25,494 bases of DNA from a virus (taxonomy: Duplodnaviria; Caudoviricetes). Below are positions 14,542 through 24,969 of the stretch, piece by piece. The stretch lies in IMG/VR virus record IMGVR_UViG_3300022307_000012, positions 1 to 25,494 of that record; one strand, 5' to 3'. Numbering within the stretch: the first letter of the stretch is position 1; every line of letters starts with the position of its first letter. The position numbers were made by a program, and so were the translations under genes. The notes under the pieces are model-generated. The model ran no database searches. It worked only from the letters and a program-made list of their open reading frames with translations, and had not been told where the DNA came from.

Positions 14542-16094
14542 CAACCCAAAGCAACTCTCGAAAGATATCAAACTTCCTTGCTGCAACAAGCGTACCAAGC
14601 GGGGCTTATTTCACGTATATATCAAGCGGCACAAACTACAAGATACTTGATTCTAACTTTTATTCTTCGCTTGGTGTTACTGGAACTATTACACAGTCAG
14701 GCTCACCAACAGGAACCCCTGTATTAAATAAGTCTGGATCGGTTAATAATATAAGAACTCTTGAAGATGGCTCTGGAGTAAAAACGTCCGTATCACCTGA
14801 GAATGGAATCATCATTGAGCATGATTTTTTAGAAGATACGGCGGGAGTCACCCTAGTAACTGACCTAACAGCAAAACAACCTAAGTTTAGATCTCTGGTA
14901 GCCGGGGCTGGTGTCAATATATCTGCATCAAATGGAGAGATTCAGGTATCTCTTAGCGCCATCCCAGCATCAACAAAAACCGTCATCGTTAATAGTATCT
15001 CAGACTTTCCTTCCGCATCTGGCGGGATAATTACTCTGGCAGATAATACGGAATACGCAATAAGGAACGATATATCTACAACCAACAGGTTTATAGTTGG
15101 AAATGATACCGTCATAGGCGGGTCTGATGCTGCCGTTGTTGCTCTGACATACACTGGATCTGGGGTAATGTTTACCTCTTCAAACAGCACATGGAAAGCA
15201 AAGGATATTGCTATAAATTGCACCGCCGGGACATTTGTCTCATTTTCTGGGTCTAGCGCTGAGATATTCCAGCTTGGGCGATGCGTTATTAATGCCGCAA
15301 CCCTTGGAACGATAAGCGGGTTTAGAGGGATTCATTTCGATGACACTCAGATGGTCGCAACTACTAACGGATTCGCGTTTAGTGGATCTAATGGAGTTGG
15401 TTTATTTGAGGCTAATTTATCGACTATGAGCGCCGGGTTCCTATATGACTTAGGTGCAGCAACATTCGATGCGTTATCATTCACGGATGCGTTTGTAACA
15501 CTCAACGGGTCTAGCGGGTTTCTTGCTGGAGCCGCTGGGTCTGCTAACATAACCGCCGGAAATTTAGGCGTAGTCCAAGATTGCCGATTCTTCGGTACTG
15601 GATCACCATTAACAACAATCACGGCTGATGATGTTAGGTGGGTATTCTCGTCAAATGATGCCATTGTTGACACCCATAAAGATTGTTTGATGTATCAGTC
15701 ATCAAACACTACATCGACATCAATTGTAACCGCCGGGGTTCCGGTAAAGCTTGGAGGCGCGTGGACTAACCACCATTCGTCGCATTTTACAACTGACGCA
15801 ACAGGGAAGATGACATATACAGGAACAAGAGACAAACATATCGACGTTTCTATGTCGTTTACTGGTGAGCCGGTTTCTGGATCAAACAAAAATATAGGGT
15901 ATTTCTTTGCTAAGAATGGCGTAGCTATTCTCCCATCGAAGGCGTTAGCAAATATATCGTCAGGAGATCCAAAAAGAGTCACCGTGATATGGAAGGAGGA
16001 TTTGACAGAAGGAGATTATGTCGAGGCTTTTGTCGAGAACAATACCGATACTATTGACGTGCTGGTTACTGATGCGGTGATGAGGCTTGGATAA
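14538..16094 (+). CDS. putative virion fibre/appendage protein (S/T/G-rich, beta-rich)
   Basis: Translationally coupled on both sides within the structural operon; RKISNF N-terminus; beta-strand-rich composition. Confidence 0.6.
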   Translation: MTTQSNSRKISNFLAATSVPSGAYFTYISSGTNYKILDSNFYSSLGVTGTITQSGSPTGTPVLNKSGSVNNIRTLEDGSGVKTSVSPENGIIIEHDFLEDTAGVTLVTDLTAKQPKFRSLVAGAGVNISASNGEIQVSLSAIPASTKTVIVNSISDFPSASGGIITLADNTEYAIRNDISTTNRFIVGNDTVIGGSDAAVVALTYTGSGVMFTSSNSTWKAKDIAINCTAGTFVSFSGSSAEIFQLGRCVINAATLGTISGFRGIHFDDTQMVATTNGFAFSGSNGVGLFEANLSTMSAGFLYDLGAATFDALSFTDAFVTLNGSSGFLAGAAGSANITAGNLGVVQDCRFFGTGSPLTTITADDVRWVFSSNDAIVDTHKDCLMYQSSNTTSTSIVTAGVPVKLGGAWTNHHSSHFTTDATGKMTYTGTRDKHIDVSMSFTGEPVSGSNKNIGYFFAKNGVAILPSKALANISSGDPKRVTVIWKEDLTEGDYVEAFVENNTDTIDVLVTDAVMRLG

Positions 16095-17539
16095 TGCCTA
16101 AGATAGACATTCCTATTGCTAACGGGTTTTATGAGTCTGAATCTCTCCCGATATCCGCCCAAGAATGTACGAATTGGTATCCGAATGTGGTGCAAACTAG
16201 CGGATTATCGCAAGAGACATTATTGGGAACTCCCGGAATCAATCAGCTAGTAACTACGGGCATAATTAATCAGGCAAATAGAGGTGCGCACGTAAAAGGA
16301 GGGATCCCTTATTTTATAAATGGAGGAGATCTTTATCGGCTTGACAGGGCTATAGATGCGAGCGGCGTAGAGACTTTCTCTACTACAACTCTAGGAGCTG
16401 TTGCGGGTTCTGGAAGGGTGTCTATGGCAGATAATGGCACCCAGCTAATGATTCTATCCCCCGGAGGCAAAGGGTACATATACAATGAGCTTGCAGGCAC
16501 TCCATTTTTAGAGATAACAGATGTTGATTTTAATGCTAATGGCGCTCCTCAGCATGTAGTGTTTATAGATGGATATTTTGCTGTAACGACGGATTCTAAA
16601 AAATGGATAATTTCTGCATTAAATGACGGTATGACGTGGAACGCTCTTGATTTTGCATCTGCCGAGTCTGACCCAGACGATATCGTTGCCCCTATAGTTC
16701 TTATGAATCAGGTGTTCATCACTGGATCTGAAACAACAGAAAGCTCGCAAAACCAACCAAACGGCGCTGGATTCCCATTTGTCAGGTCTAATTTATTTAT
16801 GAACAAAGGGTGCTTTGCTCCATTCTCTCTAATTAATGCCAATGATTCGTTTTTGATGATTGGAGGAGGTCGTAACGAGTCCCCGGCTATATGGCAATTT
16901 AATGGATCTGGTTTCTCAAAAGTATCTACAACCGCAATTGATAACGTGCTTTCAAAGTTTTCTGACTCAGAAATATTAGAGGCGTTTTCATTTACTTATG
17001 CAGATAAGGGTGAGTATTTTGTAGGATTTACAATAGGCAATGTGACGTTTGTTTATGGGGCTATAGCAAAGAGGTGGCATGAAAGAAAGTCATATATAGG
17101 CACCTCGGACTTGAGGTGGCGCGTTAATTCTCTTGTTACGGCGTATGGTAGAGTGCTTGTTGGTGATTCTCAAGATGGGCGAATAGGTGAATTGGATAGT
17201 GAAACATACACAGAGTATGGTGAGAATATTAGGCGAGTAATAGCTACACAACCTTTTTCTAGTTTGGGAATGGTTATCCGGGTTCCGATGGTGGAGCTTA
17301 CCGTAGAATCGGGGGTTGGTAATTCTGCAAGAACTGACCCTACGGTTTCTATGGATGTTTCTGCGGACGGTAAGACGTTCTCCTACGAGAGAGCAAGATC
17401 GATGGGGAGGGTTGGAGAATATAATCAAAGAGCAGTTTGGTATAGAAATGGAAAGTTCAGCCGATTCGCAATATTAAGGTTTAAAATGTCAGATCCAGTT
17501 AAGCCATCAATTATAAAATGCGAGGCTTCCGTTGCCTGA
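16094..17539 (+). CDS. tail hub / packaged DNA stabilization protein (P22 gp10-like)
   Basis: 481 aa; GSGRVSMADNGTQL, FIDGYF, FASAESDPD, G.VGEY.QR.VW.R.G motifs. Confidence 0.9.
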   Translation: MPKIDIPIANGFYESESLPISAQECTNWYPNVVQTSGLSQETLLGTPGINQLVTTGIINQANRGAHVKGGIPYFINGGDLYRLDRAIDASGVETFSTTTLGAVAGSGRVSMADNGTQLMILSPGGKGYIYNELAGTPFLEITDVDFNANGAPQHVVFIDGYFAVTTDSKKWIISALNDGMTWNALDFASAESDPDDIVAPIVLMNQVFITGSETTESSQNQPNGAGFPFVRSNLFMNKGCFAPFSLINANDSFLMIGGGRNESPAIWQFNGSGFSKVSTTAIDNVLSKFSDSEILEAFSFTYADKGEYFVGFTIGNVTFVYGAIAKRWHERKSYIGTSDLRWRVNSLVTAYGRVLVGDSQDGRIGELDSETYTEYGENIRRVIATQPFSSLGMVIRVPMVELTVESGVGNSARTDPTVSMDVSADGKTFSYERARSMGRVGEYNQRAVWYRNGKFSRFAILRFKMSDPVKPSIIKCEASVA

Positions 17540-17789
17540 TATCGTACAGCCCAATCCAATATCAAAAGTTGTTACAGACTCAGGCGTTGCATCTGCTGAG
17601 TTTTACCGATGGATGACCCAAATAACCGCCAATGATCTAATTATAGGAACCGGATCACCAGAAGGGGTCATTGAGGCGACTATTGGAAGGGAGTATATGG
17701 ACGACGCAGGACTTGCTGGGGCTGTAAAGTTCATTAAGCAGCTCCCAGATATTGCTGGGGACAGAACGATGGGATGGGTTGCTATATGA
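17532..17789 (+). CDS. small tail protein at the gp26 (needle) position
   Basis: Overlaps the gp10 end; GTGSPEGV.EA..G..Y.D...GW motif recurrent in tail proteins. Confidence 0.65.
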   Translation: MPDIVQPNPISKVVTDSGVASAEFYRWMTQITANDLIIGTGSPEGVIEATIGREYMDDAGLAGAVKFIKQLPDIAGDRTMGWVAI

Positions 17790-18274
17790 ATATCGCAATC
17801 GCCCACGATATGGATTTGATAAAAGAAATCGTCACAGCTCCCGGAATGTGGGAAAGCATGGCAGAGGATGGCGTTACTCCAGACCAGTTTGTCGCAGAAA
17901 ATACCCCGTTTAGCTTCTGGCTGCTGGCTACTGTATCAGACAAAGTTTGTGGTATAATTCTCGTCAATGTAGAAACATCAATATCTTTCAAGGTGCATCC
18001 GCACATGCTGAAAGAGTTCGCAGGCAAAGGCTACCTAATGATTAAAGAATTATTTAGGTGGTTTCTCAGGGAGACTACTGACCTCTCGAATAAGATATGT
18101 ATAACCACGCCAACATTCAATAAGGCCGGTTATAAGTTAGCTGTAAAGCTTGGATTTAAAGACGAGGGACTATCTCGTCAAAGTTACAAGAAAAACGGCG
18201 AAATATTCGATCAATATATTCTCGGAATTACGCGAGATGAGGTTAAGGAGGTAGTTAGATGCCAACATTCATAA
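17786..18274 (+). CDS. GNAT-fold protein (P22 gp14-like)
   Basis: N..GYKLA.KLGFKDEG.SR.SY.KNG...DQ.I.G GNAT C-terminus; position before the ejection genes. Confidence 0.8.
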   Translation: MNIAIAHDMDLIKEIVTAPGMWESMAEDGVTPDQFVAENTPFSFWLLATVSDKVCGIILVNVETSISFKVHPHMLKEFAGKGYLMIKELFRWFLRETTDLSNKICITTPTFNKAGYKLAVKLGFKDEGLSRQSYKKNGEIFDQYILGITRDEVKEVVRCQHS

Positions 18275-19008
18275 CGGGCGCCCTATTAACAGCCGGGACA
18301 GTTGCGTCTGCTGCTGCCCCTGCGCTACCAGCTCTTGCTGGCATGGCTGCTGCATCTGCCTCGTCTCAGAGCCAAGCAGATACAGCGAACCAAGCAGCGG
18401 CGGCACGACAACAAGGGCTAGACAGAGCAGCAGCAGAGCAGAGCAGACAATTTGACATAACCCAACAGCAGGCAGCCCCATTTAGAGAGGCTGGTGTTGA
18501 GGCGCTTGGACAAGAGAGAGCATTAATTGGTCTGGCTGGAAAAGGTGCGCAAGATCAGGCATTTCGAGATTTTAACGAGTCTCCGGGGCAGGCGTTCCTT
18601 CGTCAAAGAGGCGAGCAGTCTCTATTGAGAAATCAGGCGGCAATCGGTGGGCTAGGAGGGGGAAATGTTCGATCTGAACTACAAAAGCAAGGGATCGGAT
18701 TCGCTCAGCAGGACTTACAAAACCAACTCGCTAGGCTTTCAGCTTTACGAACCGGCGGTCAGATCGCAACCTCTAACCTTGCTGGACAAAGATCTGGAAT
18801 GGCTGCGAATGTCGGAAACTTAGCAACGCAAGCTGGGCAGGCTCAAGCATCTGGAATTACTAGCGCGGGGCAAGCTAATCAGCAATTCATTAACCGCCTT
18901 GGAGCGGTTGGCGTTGGAGGTCTAGCGGGGTCTGGTCTTGCTGGAAGTAGGGCGCAAGCCGCTTTTGGCGGGTCTGGTGCTGCTGGTAGTCTTCTTGGTC
19001 TTTTATAG
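18259..19008 (+). CDS. ejection (DNA transfer) protein, gp7-like
   Basis: A/G/Q-rich; APFREAG, SPGQAF, AAIGGLGGGN motifs. Confidence 0.85.
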   Translation: MPTFITGALLTAGTVASAAAPALPALAGMAAASASSQSQADTANQAAAARQQGLDRAAAEQSRQFDITQQQAAPFREAGVEALGQERALIGLAGKGAQDQAFRDFNESPGQAFLRQRGEQSLLRNQAAIGGLGGGNVRSELQKQGIGFAQQDLQNQLARLSALRTGGQIATSNLAGQRSGMAANVGNLATQAGQAQASGITSAGQANQQFINRLGAVGVGGLAGSGLAGSRAQAAFGGSGAAGSLLGLL

Positions 19009-19017
19009 GGGTGTAAC

Positions 19018-20280
19018 ATGGCTGGATTAGGCGACATTTTAGGAAGATCTATTCAAGGCGGGCAGATGCTGCAAAGTGCTGGGGCTGCTGAGATCGGGCT
19101 ACAAAGAGCTGAACAGACTCAGGCATTAAAGCAGGCCGCATTAGGCATGCCTATGAGTCAAACGCCCGGATCTAGTCAGGTCGATCAAAACATATCACCA
19201 ACACAAGCATTGGCGCAGATGGCGGTATTAGATCCGGCTGCATTTGAAAGCATTAATAAATCAATAGGGCTAAATACTCAATCAAAGAAAAATGAGGCGG
19301 CTGACTTTGCCTTTAGAGTGCAAAATCTACCATTTGACCAAAGAGATGCAGCTATTCAGGAAAGAATTACGAGCCTTGAGTCACAGGGGCGCGATGCTAC
19401 TCATACGAAGCAGCTTATCGGAGTTCCAGAGGATGTTCAGAATGAAACGCTTGCCGCTGTTCAGGTGGCTGCGTTGTCTCCTAAAGAGCGGGCTAATCTA
19501 GCATCTGGAGTCGGTATGTCAAAAACACAATTCGGGGCGCAAGAAACATTCAAGGATTCTGAGGGGACTATTTTCTTCGGAACCACAAAGAGAGATCCGC
19601 GCACAGGTGGTGTTGGTAGTGCCGTTGTTGCTGCTGACGGTAGCGAATCTAAGCCTGTAGGGAAGTTAAGTCTTGTGTCTGGGGCTGGACTAACATCTGC
19701 TGAAACAGTTACTCAAAGGGGCGAAATTGCTAGGCAAGAGGCTGACGTTAAAAAGACGCTTGCCAGAGAGACTGAGGGGGAAAAAGTAACAGGCAAGGAG
19801 CAAGCAAAGAGGCGACAGGAGCAGATTAATAGAGGTCTTGATGCTGCTGATAGCATGGCAAATCTAAAGAGAGCCGAGGATTTGCTACGCCTTGTTGAGA
19901 CGGGTGGCGTTGATGCCGTATCTCTAAGAGCAAAGCAGCTATTCGGAGTTGAGGGGCAGAACGAAGCGGAACTATCAAACAGGCTCGGAAAGGCTGTATT
20001 GACTCAACTTAGGGCTACATTTGGAGCTGCGTTTACAGAACGAGAAGGGGCTACATTAGCGGATATTGAGGCTGGATTTGGAAAGTCCACAGCAGGCAAT
20101 AAACGTCTAATTGCTCAGACTATTAGAATTGTTGAGAGGGCTGCAAATAGAGGAATTAAGGCTGCCGAAGCTGCTGGAGATGATGAGGCGGCTCAAGATA
20201 TCAGGGATGCTTTAGAATTTACACTTGATGATTCGCCCAAAGGAAATAAAGTAGGCCGCTTCGTTGTGGAGGCTGAGTAA
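19018..20280 (+). CDS. ejection (DNA transfer) protein, gp20 position
   Basis: Helical A/Q-rich 420 aa directly after the gp7-like gene. Confidence 0.7.
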   Translation: MAGLGDILGRSIQGGQMLQSAGAAEIGLQRAEQTQALKQAALGMPMSQTPGSSQVDQNISPTQALAQMAVLDPAAFESINKSIGLNTQSKKNEAADFAFRVQNLPFDQRDAAIQERITSLESQGRDATHTKQLIGVPEDVQNETLAAVQVAALSPKERANLASGVGMSKTQFGAQETFKDSEGTIFFGTTKRDPRTGGVGSAVVAADGSESKPVGKLSLVSGAGLTSAETVTQRGEIARQEADVKKTLARETEGEKVTGKEQAKRRQEQINRGLDAADSMANLKRAEDLLRLVETGGVDAVSLRAKQLFGVEGQNEAELSNRLGKAVLTQLRATFGAAFTEREGATLADIEAGFGKSTAGNKRLIAQTIRIVERAANRGIKAAEAAGDDEAAQDIRDALEFTLDDSPKGNKVGRFVVEAE

Positions 20281-22100
20281 TGCCAACGTATAAAATAACA
20301 GATCCAGAAACAGGAGCAATGCTTCGTGTTACTGGTGATAGCCCTCCATCTGAGACTGAGATTGAGCAGTTATTCGCATCTCAACAGCCAGCAAATCAAG
20401 ATAAAAGTCTATTTGATCTTCCAGCGGCGGCTGCTCAGCAGGCCGGGTCTTTCCTTACAGGGGCTTTGGCTCAAATACCTTCTGGGATTGCCGGGGTCGC
20501 AGCCCTACCATTTGTTGGCGGAGAAAAGGCTGGGCAAGTAGTTAGGGATGTTCAGGAAGCCATGACGTTCAAGCCTACTATTGAGGGCGCAAAGCAAGGG
20601 GCGGAGATTATTGGTGAAAAGGCTGCCCCTATATCGAAAGCGGCTGAATTCATCCCCAAAACACTAGGCGACTTCACTCTGGATCTTACAGGATCGCCAG
20701 CCGCAGCCGCAGCCGCATACTCAGCGCCAACGCTTGCGCTGGAAATGATCGGATTGAAAGGGCTTCAAAATATTCGCAAAGGCACGAGGCTGATCGATCA
20801 ATCTGGCAGGCCAACAAAGCGACTAAGAATTGAGTTAGATAAAAGAGGTCTTGATTATGACCTGCTATCTCCAGAGGCGAAGAATGCTATCCCACCAGTA
20901 GCATCCCCAGAAATGCTGCCCGGAGCAAATTTGCCAGCAAAAGCATCGGAGAAAGCTCTTGTTGAGCAGATAAAATCAGGTGCGCGGGATGACGCTCTAG
21001 CATCGCTCAGAGTTGTTGATGGGCGAGTGTCTGTTGATGGCCTCGGTAAAGAGGCTGTAAAGCAGGGATTTGAGCCGGGGCTGGTTCAGTCCGTAAAAAC
21101 ATCAAGCAAAGCTACAAAGTTAAAGATGCGCAAAATGACCGATATGATGCGTAAGATAAAAAAATCATCAAGGAAAGGTCTTGAGTTTAGGCCGTCAGAC
21201 GTTGTTGGTGGGGCTGTAACAAGCAGAATTAAATTTATACGAGATAACGCGGATGCTGCTAGGAAGGAGCTTAATTTAATAGCGGCCACTAAATTGCGCG
21301 GAAAAAGTATAGACATATCTCCAGTAACAAAAAAATTACAGGAGTCTTTGTCAGATCTGGATGTCTCATTAGAAGATACCGCGTCTGGAATCCCAAAACC
21401 AGTATTCAAGGGCTCGTTGATATCAAAAGATAAAACGTCTAAAAGAATTATCAAGGATCTTGTTGATCTGCTCGGAGAGGATGTAGCGCCCGACGCACTA
21501 AGAGCGCACAAACTAAAAAAGCAGCTTGATATAATGATTGACTTCAATAAAAAGTCGTCAGCCGGACTTACTGATGCGGGCAAAAAAGTTCTTAAAGATA
21601 TAAGAAAAGAGCTTAATAATTCAGTGAGAGCTGTAGACCCTAATTATGCAAGAGTAAACGATAATCTATCAAGCTCGCTTAATGCCCTAAATTCGCTCGA
21701 TGAGTCAATCGGAACAATTGATATGTTCGGAAAGGGCGCTGATAAGGCGCTAGGTACTCGCATGAGATCTCTTTTAAGCAATCAAGCGAACCGCGTAAAA
21801 ATGGAAAATGCCATTGATAGTATTGACGATCTTGCGTCAGGATTGGGCGGCAAGTTTGATGATAACGTGAAGGACTTGGTTATGTTTTCAGATGCTCTCG
21901 ATAGCAGGTTCGGAACGCCTGCAAAAACATCGCTATCAGGTCAAATGGAGCAGGCCACAAGACAGGTGATGGATCAGGGTGTATCAAAAACAGCGTACCA
22001 AAAAGCCGGAGAGACTATCGGAAGGGGCGCAGAGAAATTGCGTGGAATCAATGACTTTAACGCATTTGAATCAATGCAAAGACTATTAAACGGCAAATAG
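20280..22100 (+). CDS. ejection (DNA transfer) protein, gp16 position
   Basis: 606 aa, TAATG-coupled, third gene of the ejection block. Confidence 0.7.
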   Translation: MPTYKITDPETGAMLRVTGDSPPSETEIEQLFASQQPANQDKSLFDLPAAAAQQAGSFLTGALAQIPSGIAGVAALPFVGGEKAGQVVRDVQEAMTFKPTIEGAKQGAEIIGEKAAPISKAAEFIPKTLGDFTLDLTGSPAAAAAAYSAPTLALEMIGLKGLQNIRKGTRLIDQSGRPTKRLRIELDKRGLDYDLLSPEAKNAIPPVASPEMLPGANLPAKASEKALVEQIKSGARDDALASLRVVDGRVSVDGLGKEAVKQGFEPGLVQSVKTSSKATKLKMRKMTDMMRKIKKSSRKGLEFRPSDVVGGAVTSRIKFIRDNADAARKELNLIAATKLRGKSIDISPVTKKLQESLSDLDVSLEDTASGIPKPVFKGSLISKDKTSKRIIKDLVDLLGEDVAPDALRAHKLKKQLDIMIDFNKKSSAGLTDAGKKVLKDIRKELNNSVRAVDPNYARVNDNLSSSLNALNSLDESIGTIDMFGKGADKALGTRMRSLLSNQANRVKMENAIDSIDDLASGLGGKFDDNVKDLVMFSDALDSRFGTPAKTSLSGQMEQATRQVMDQGVSKTAYQKAGETIGRGAEKLRGINDFNAFESMQRLLNGK

Positions 22101-22110
22101 AGGATATAAA

Positions 22111-23313
22111 ATGGCACGAATAATCCAAGCATTTTCCCAGTTTTTTGATGATAACGGCGATCCGCTTGTTGATGGGTTTCTACAGTTTTATGAGTCTGGC
22201 ACAACCACCGACAAGAATACTTATGCTGATGTAAATTTGTCCATCGCAAACACTAACCCTGTTGAGCTTTCTGGGGCTGGAAGATGCCGGAATGTCTTTG
22301 GCACTGGGTCATATAAGGTAATCTCATTTGATTCAGCGATGCAACAGATCCAAGTGTTCGATCCAGTTGGTGGAGACGCTGCCGGTAGTGGGTTTGCAGA
22401 CTGGAATTCGCCAACAATATACACAGATGGAGATATTGTAACCGGATCTGATGGCTTGTATTACAGGTCTATAACAAGTGGAAATCAGAACCAAGATCCA
22501 ATTTCATCAGCTGGAAATTGGGAAGAGGTTAGATTCATTGATGTTTATAATTTAAACATCACTTATGCAGAGGGTGATTTAGTTGTTGATTCTGTAGGAC
22601 ACTTATATAGATCGCTTGCGTCTGCAAATACAAACAACACGCCAGCAGATAATCCTGACAAGTGGGGCGATGCTACCAGTATAGCCAATCTATCGGCAAA
22701 TACCCTAACACACAATATGACCTCGGATGCAGATTACACGCTATCAACTGCTGAGAACCTTTATGGCCGAGTGATAATCACAGATACCAATCCATTCCTG
22801 TCAACAGGTAGGAATATTGTCGTATCAGCTACAGAGCGCCTATTTATTGCTCAGAACGATACGTTGCAAACGCTTACGCTCAAGACAGCCGCTGGCACAG
22901 GGGTTGCAATCCTAGCAGGTTCATCGGTAGAGCTGCAATGTGACGGAACTAATGTGATTGTACCAAGCAGATCAATTAGTGACGGCACAAGCGAGATACC
23001 AAAGTCTACAGTGATAGCGGGCAGCGCTAAAGCGTGGGTTAGTTTCAACGGTACAGGAGCAGTAGCCATATTAGGATCGTTCAATGTGTCTAGTATCATA
23101 GATGGTGGCGTGGGTGTATATACTATGAACTTCATCACCGATATGCCAAATACAAACTATGCCTGTATGGGAAATACTGACAACACTACTAATTTTGCAG
23201 CGGTTATGGTAGGTATTAAAGCCTTATCAACTTGTGGTTTATCAGTAGGTCATCACCCTGTCAACACCCTAGAAGATAAAGCTTATGTGGCAGCAGCGGT
23301 ACTCGCCTACTAA
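22111..23313 (+). CDS. tail fibre/spike with head-binding N-terminal domain
   Basis: QFFDDNG.PL..G.L.FYESGTTT...Y.D...IANTNPV.L N-terminus, two short carbohydrate-binding-like repeats (Y..GD.V....G.LY.S), C-terminal AKAWVSFNGTG...SFNVSSI.D.G.G.Y domain. Confidence 0.85.
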   Translation: MARIIQAFSQFFDDNGDPLVDGFLQFYESGTTTDKNTYADVNLSIANTNPVELSGAGRCRNVFGTGSYKVISFDSAMQQIQVFDPVGGDAAGSGFADWNSPTIYTDGDIVTGSDGLYYRSITSGNQNQDPISSAGNWEEVRFIDVYNLNITYAEGDLVVDSVGHLYRSLASANTNNTPADNPDKWGDATSIANLSANTLTHNMTSDADYTLSTAENLYGRVIITDTNPFLSTGRNIVVSATERLFIAQNDTLQTLTLKTAAGTGVAILAGSSVELQCDGTNVIVPSRSISDGTSEIPKSTVIAGSAKAWVSFNGTGAVAILGSFNVSSIIDGGVGVYTMNFITDMPNTNYACMGNTDNTTNFAAVMVGIKALSTCGLSVGHHPVNTLEDKAYVAAAVLAY

Positions 23314-23348
23314 TTTAAACCAACAACCTCCCATAAGGAGAACTTAAA

Positions 23349-23852
23349 ATGTCAGATCAACGTATCGTATTTACAGTAGCAGGGGATGAAGTACCAACTA
23401 AAGTATTAGCCCCCGGATTCAGAGTCGATGAAAACGGAAATAAGCGAAGAACCACAGTAGCAGAAATGCAAGCTGATGTACCAGTAGGAGCAACAGCAGT
23501 TCGTGAGATTACTACCGCTGAACTTCCTGCTAACCGTAACTATCGTAACGCTTGGGATGATTCTAACCCTGAGAACTTCGTAGGCATCAACGCTGCTAAG
23601 GCTGGTGTGATTGCCAACAAACGTAGAACCGATAAACGTGCCGTAATATTTGCGCCTTATGAAGCCATTGTAGAGAAAGCTGCTAGGGGTACTCCGCTTA
23701 AAGCTAATGAGAACGCAGTAGACGCGGCACAAGCCATGACTGACTACAAGACAAATGTCGATGACGTGGCTCAGATTGCTATCGCTGCTGGTGTATTGGC
23801 AGATGATTGGACTGCTATTGAAGCTGCTGAAGTAGCTGCTGGTCTTATCTAA
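23349..23852 (+). CDS. putative tail fibre assembly chaperone
   Basis: Directly after the fibre gene; DVP.G...I...ELP..R.YRNAW motif; AAGGAG RBS. Confidence 0.6.
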   Translation: MSDQRIVFTVAGDEVPTKVLAPGFRVDENGNKRRTTVAEMQADVPVGATAVREITTAELPANRNYRNAWDDSNPENFVGINAAKAGVIANKRRTDKRAVIFAPYEAIVEKAARGTPLKANENAVDAAQAMTDYKTNVDDVAQIAIAAGVLADDWTAIEAAEVAAGLI

Positions 23853-23871
23853 CTAATCCATTTGGGGTAGA

Positions 23872-23937
23872 ATGATGAAATGCTTTTGGAATGTTTTAAT
23901 ATCAATTGATCAACTGGGAAACACTGCTGATGATTAA
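23872..23937 (+). pseudogene. truncated remnant of a conserved phage small protein
   Basis: MMKCFWNVLISIDQLGNT then an early stop; recalls the N-terminus of the ...LIAIDQL.N.LLGG.PDETISSR phage family. Confidence 0.45.
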
Positions 23938-23976
23938 GATAATACCACCAATACGCGGCACAGACTCGCAAGGATC

Positions 23977-24324
23977 ATGACTATGACGCTGGGACAAAAG
24001 CAGAAGATATTTACCAGACTTGTTGGCCTACTTATCGAGTACGCCTACCAAAACGGCTATGAGCTTACTATGGGGGACGGATACAGGGATAAGAGGGTGT
24101 TCGGTGATGTCGGAGAAAAGAAAGGATATGGCGCATCAAGATCTAACCACAAGATCCGACTTGCTCATGACTTCAATCTTTTTAAAGATGGAGAATACAT
24201 GACTGAGACCGAGGATCATAGAGATCTTGGTGAGTTCTGGGAATCTCTGCATGAATCGTGCGTGTGGGGTGGACACTTCAATGATGGAAATCATTATTCA
24301 ATGGAACATAACGGGAGTAAGTGA
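23977..24324 (+). CDS. endolysin, peptidase M15 family (Zn peptidase)
   Basis: YR, S.H..RLA.D.NLF and WGG.F.DGNHYS motifs. Confidence 0.9.
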   Translation: MTMTLGQKQKIFTRLVGLLIEYAYQNGYELTMGDGYRDKRVFGDVGEKKGYGASRSNHKIRLAHDFNLFKDGEYMTETEDHRDLGEFWESLHESCVWGGHFNDGNHYSMEHNGSK

Positions 24325-24833
24325 TGGCATTTGATTGGAAAAGTTTGGTTGGCAGTGTCGCTCCTACAATAGCAACAGCATTAGGTGGGCCAATGGCTGG
24401 AATGGCTGTAAAGGCGATTGCAGGAGGATTAGGGCTTGACGATAGCGCTAGTGAGTCCGACATAGCAAAAGCCTTGCAGGGAGCATCCCCTGAGACTCTA
24501 GCGGCAATACAGAAGGCCGATCAAGAGTTTGATGCGAAAATGGCCGAGATTGGGGTTGATCTCGAAAAAATAGCCTCGGATGACCGCGTATCTGCCAGAG
24601 ATATGCAGAAATCAAACAAAGCGTGGATTGTGCCATTGTTGGCAGGAGTCACCGTAGCCGGATTCTTTGGTGTGGTATTCTGGGTCTTGACTGGCAACGT
24701 ATCGCTGGAAAGCACCTTATTAGGCTTTGTCCTCGGACAGGTCTCAGCCAAGGCCGAGCAAGTGTATAACTTCTATTTTGGATCTAGCGCTGGAAGCAAA
24801 GACAAGACCAGCCATTTAGCGAATAAAAGCTGA
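24321..24833 (+). CDS. holin-like membrane protein
   Basis: VAPTIATALGGP N-terminus, DR.SAR, C-terminal TM helices, FYFGSS.GS..K end; coupled to the endolysin gene. Confidence 0.75.
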   Translation: MMAFDWKSLVGSVAPTIATALGGPMAGMAVKAIAGGLGLDDSASESDIAKALQGASPETLAAIQKADQEFDAKMAEIGVDLEKIASDDRVSARDMQKSNKAWIVPLLAGVTVAGFFGVVFWVLTGNVSLESTLLGFVLGQVSAKAEQVYNFYFGSSAGSKDKTSHLANKS

Positions 24834-24864
24834 TATAATCACCAAAACAACAGAGGGCAGCATT

Positions 24865-24969
24865 ATGAAAGAAACTACATGTAAGTTTGATATAGTAATT
24901 CATTGTGGCGGAAAGGGTAGCGGAAGGAAAAAAGGAAGCGCCAACAAAAAGAAGAATAAGCCGAAATGA
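24865..24969 (+). CDS. small basic peptide (34 aa)
   Basis: GAGG RBS; MKETTCKFDIVIHCGGKGSGRKKGSANKKKNKPK; ATGA-coupled to the next gene. Confidence 0.45.
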   Translation: MKETTCKFDIVIHCGGKGSGRKKGSANKKKNKPK

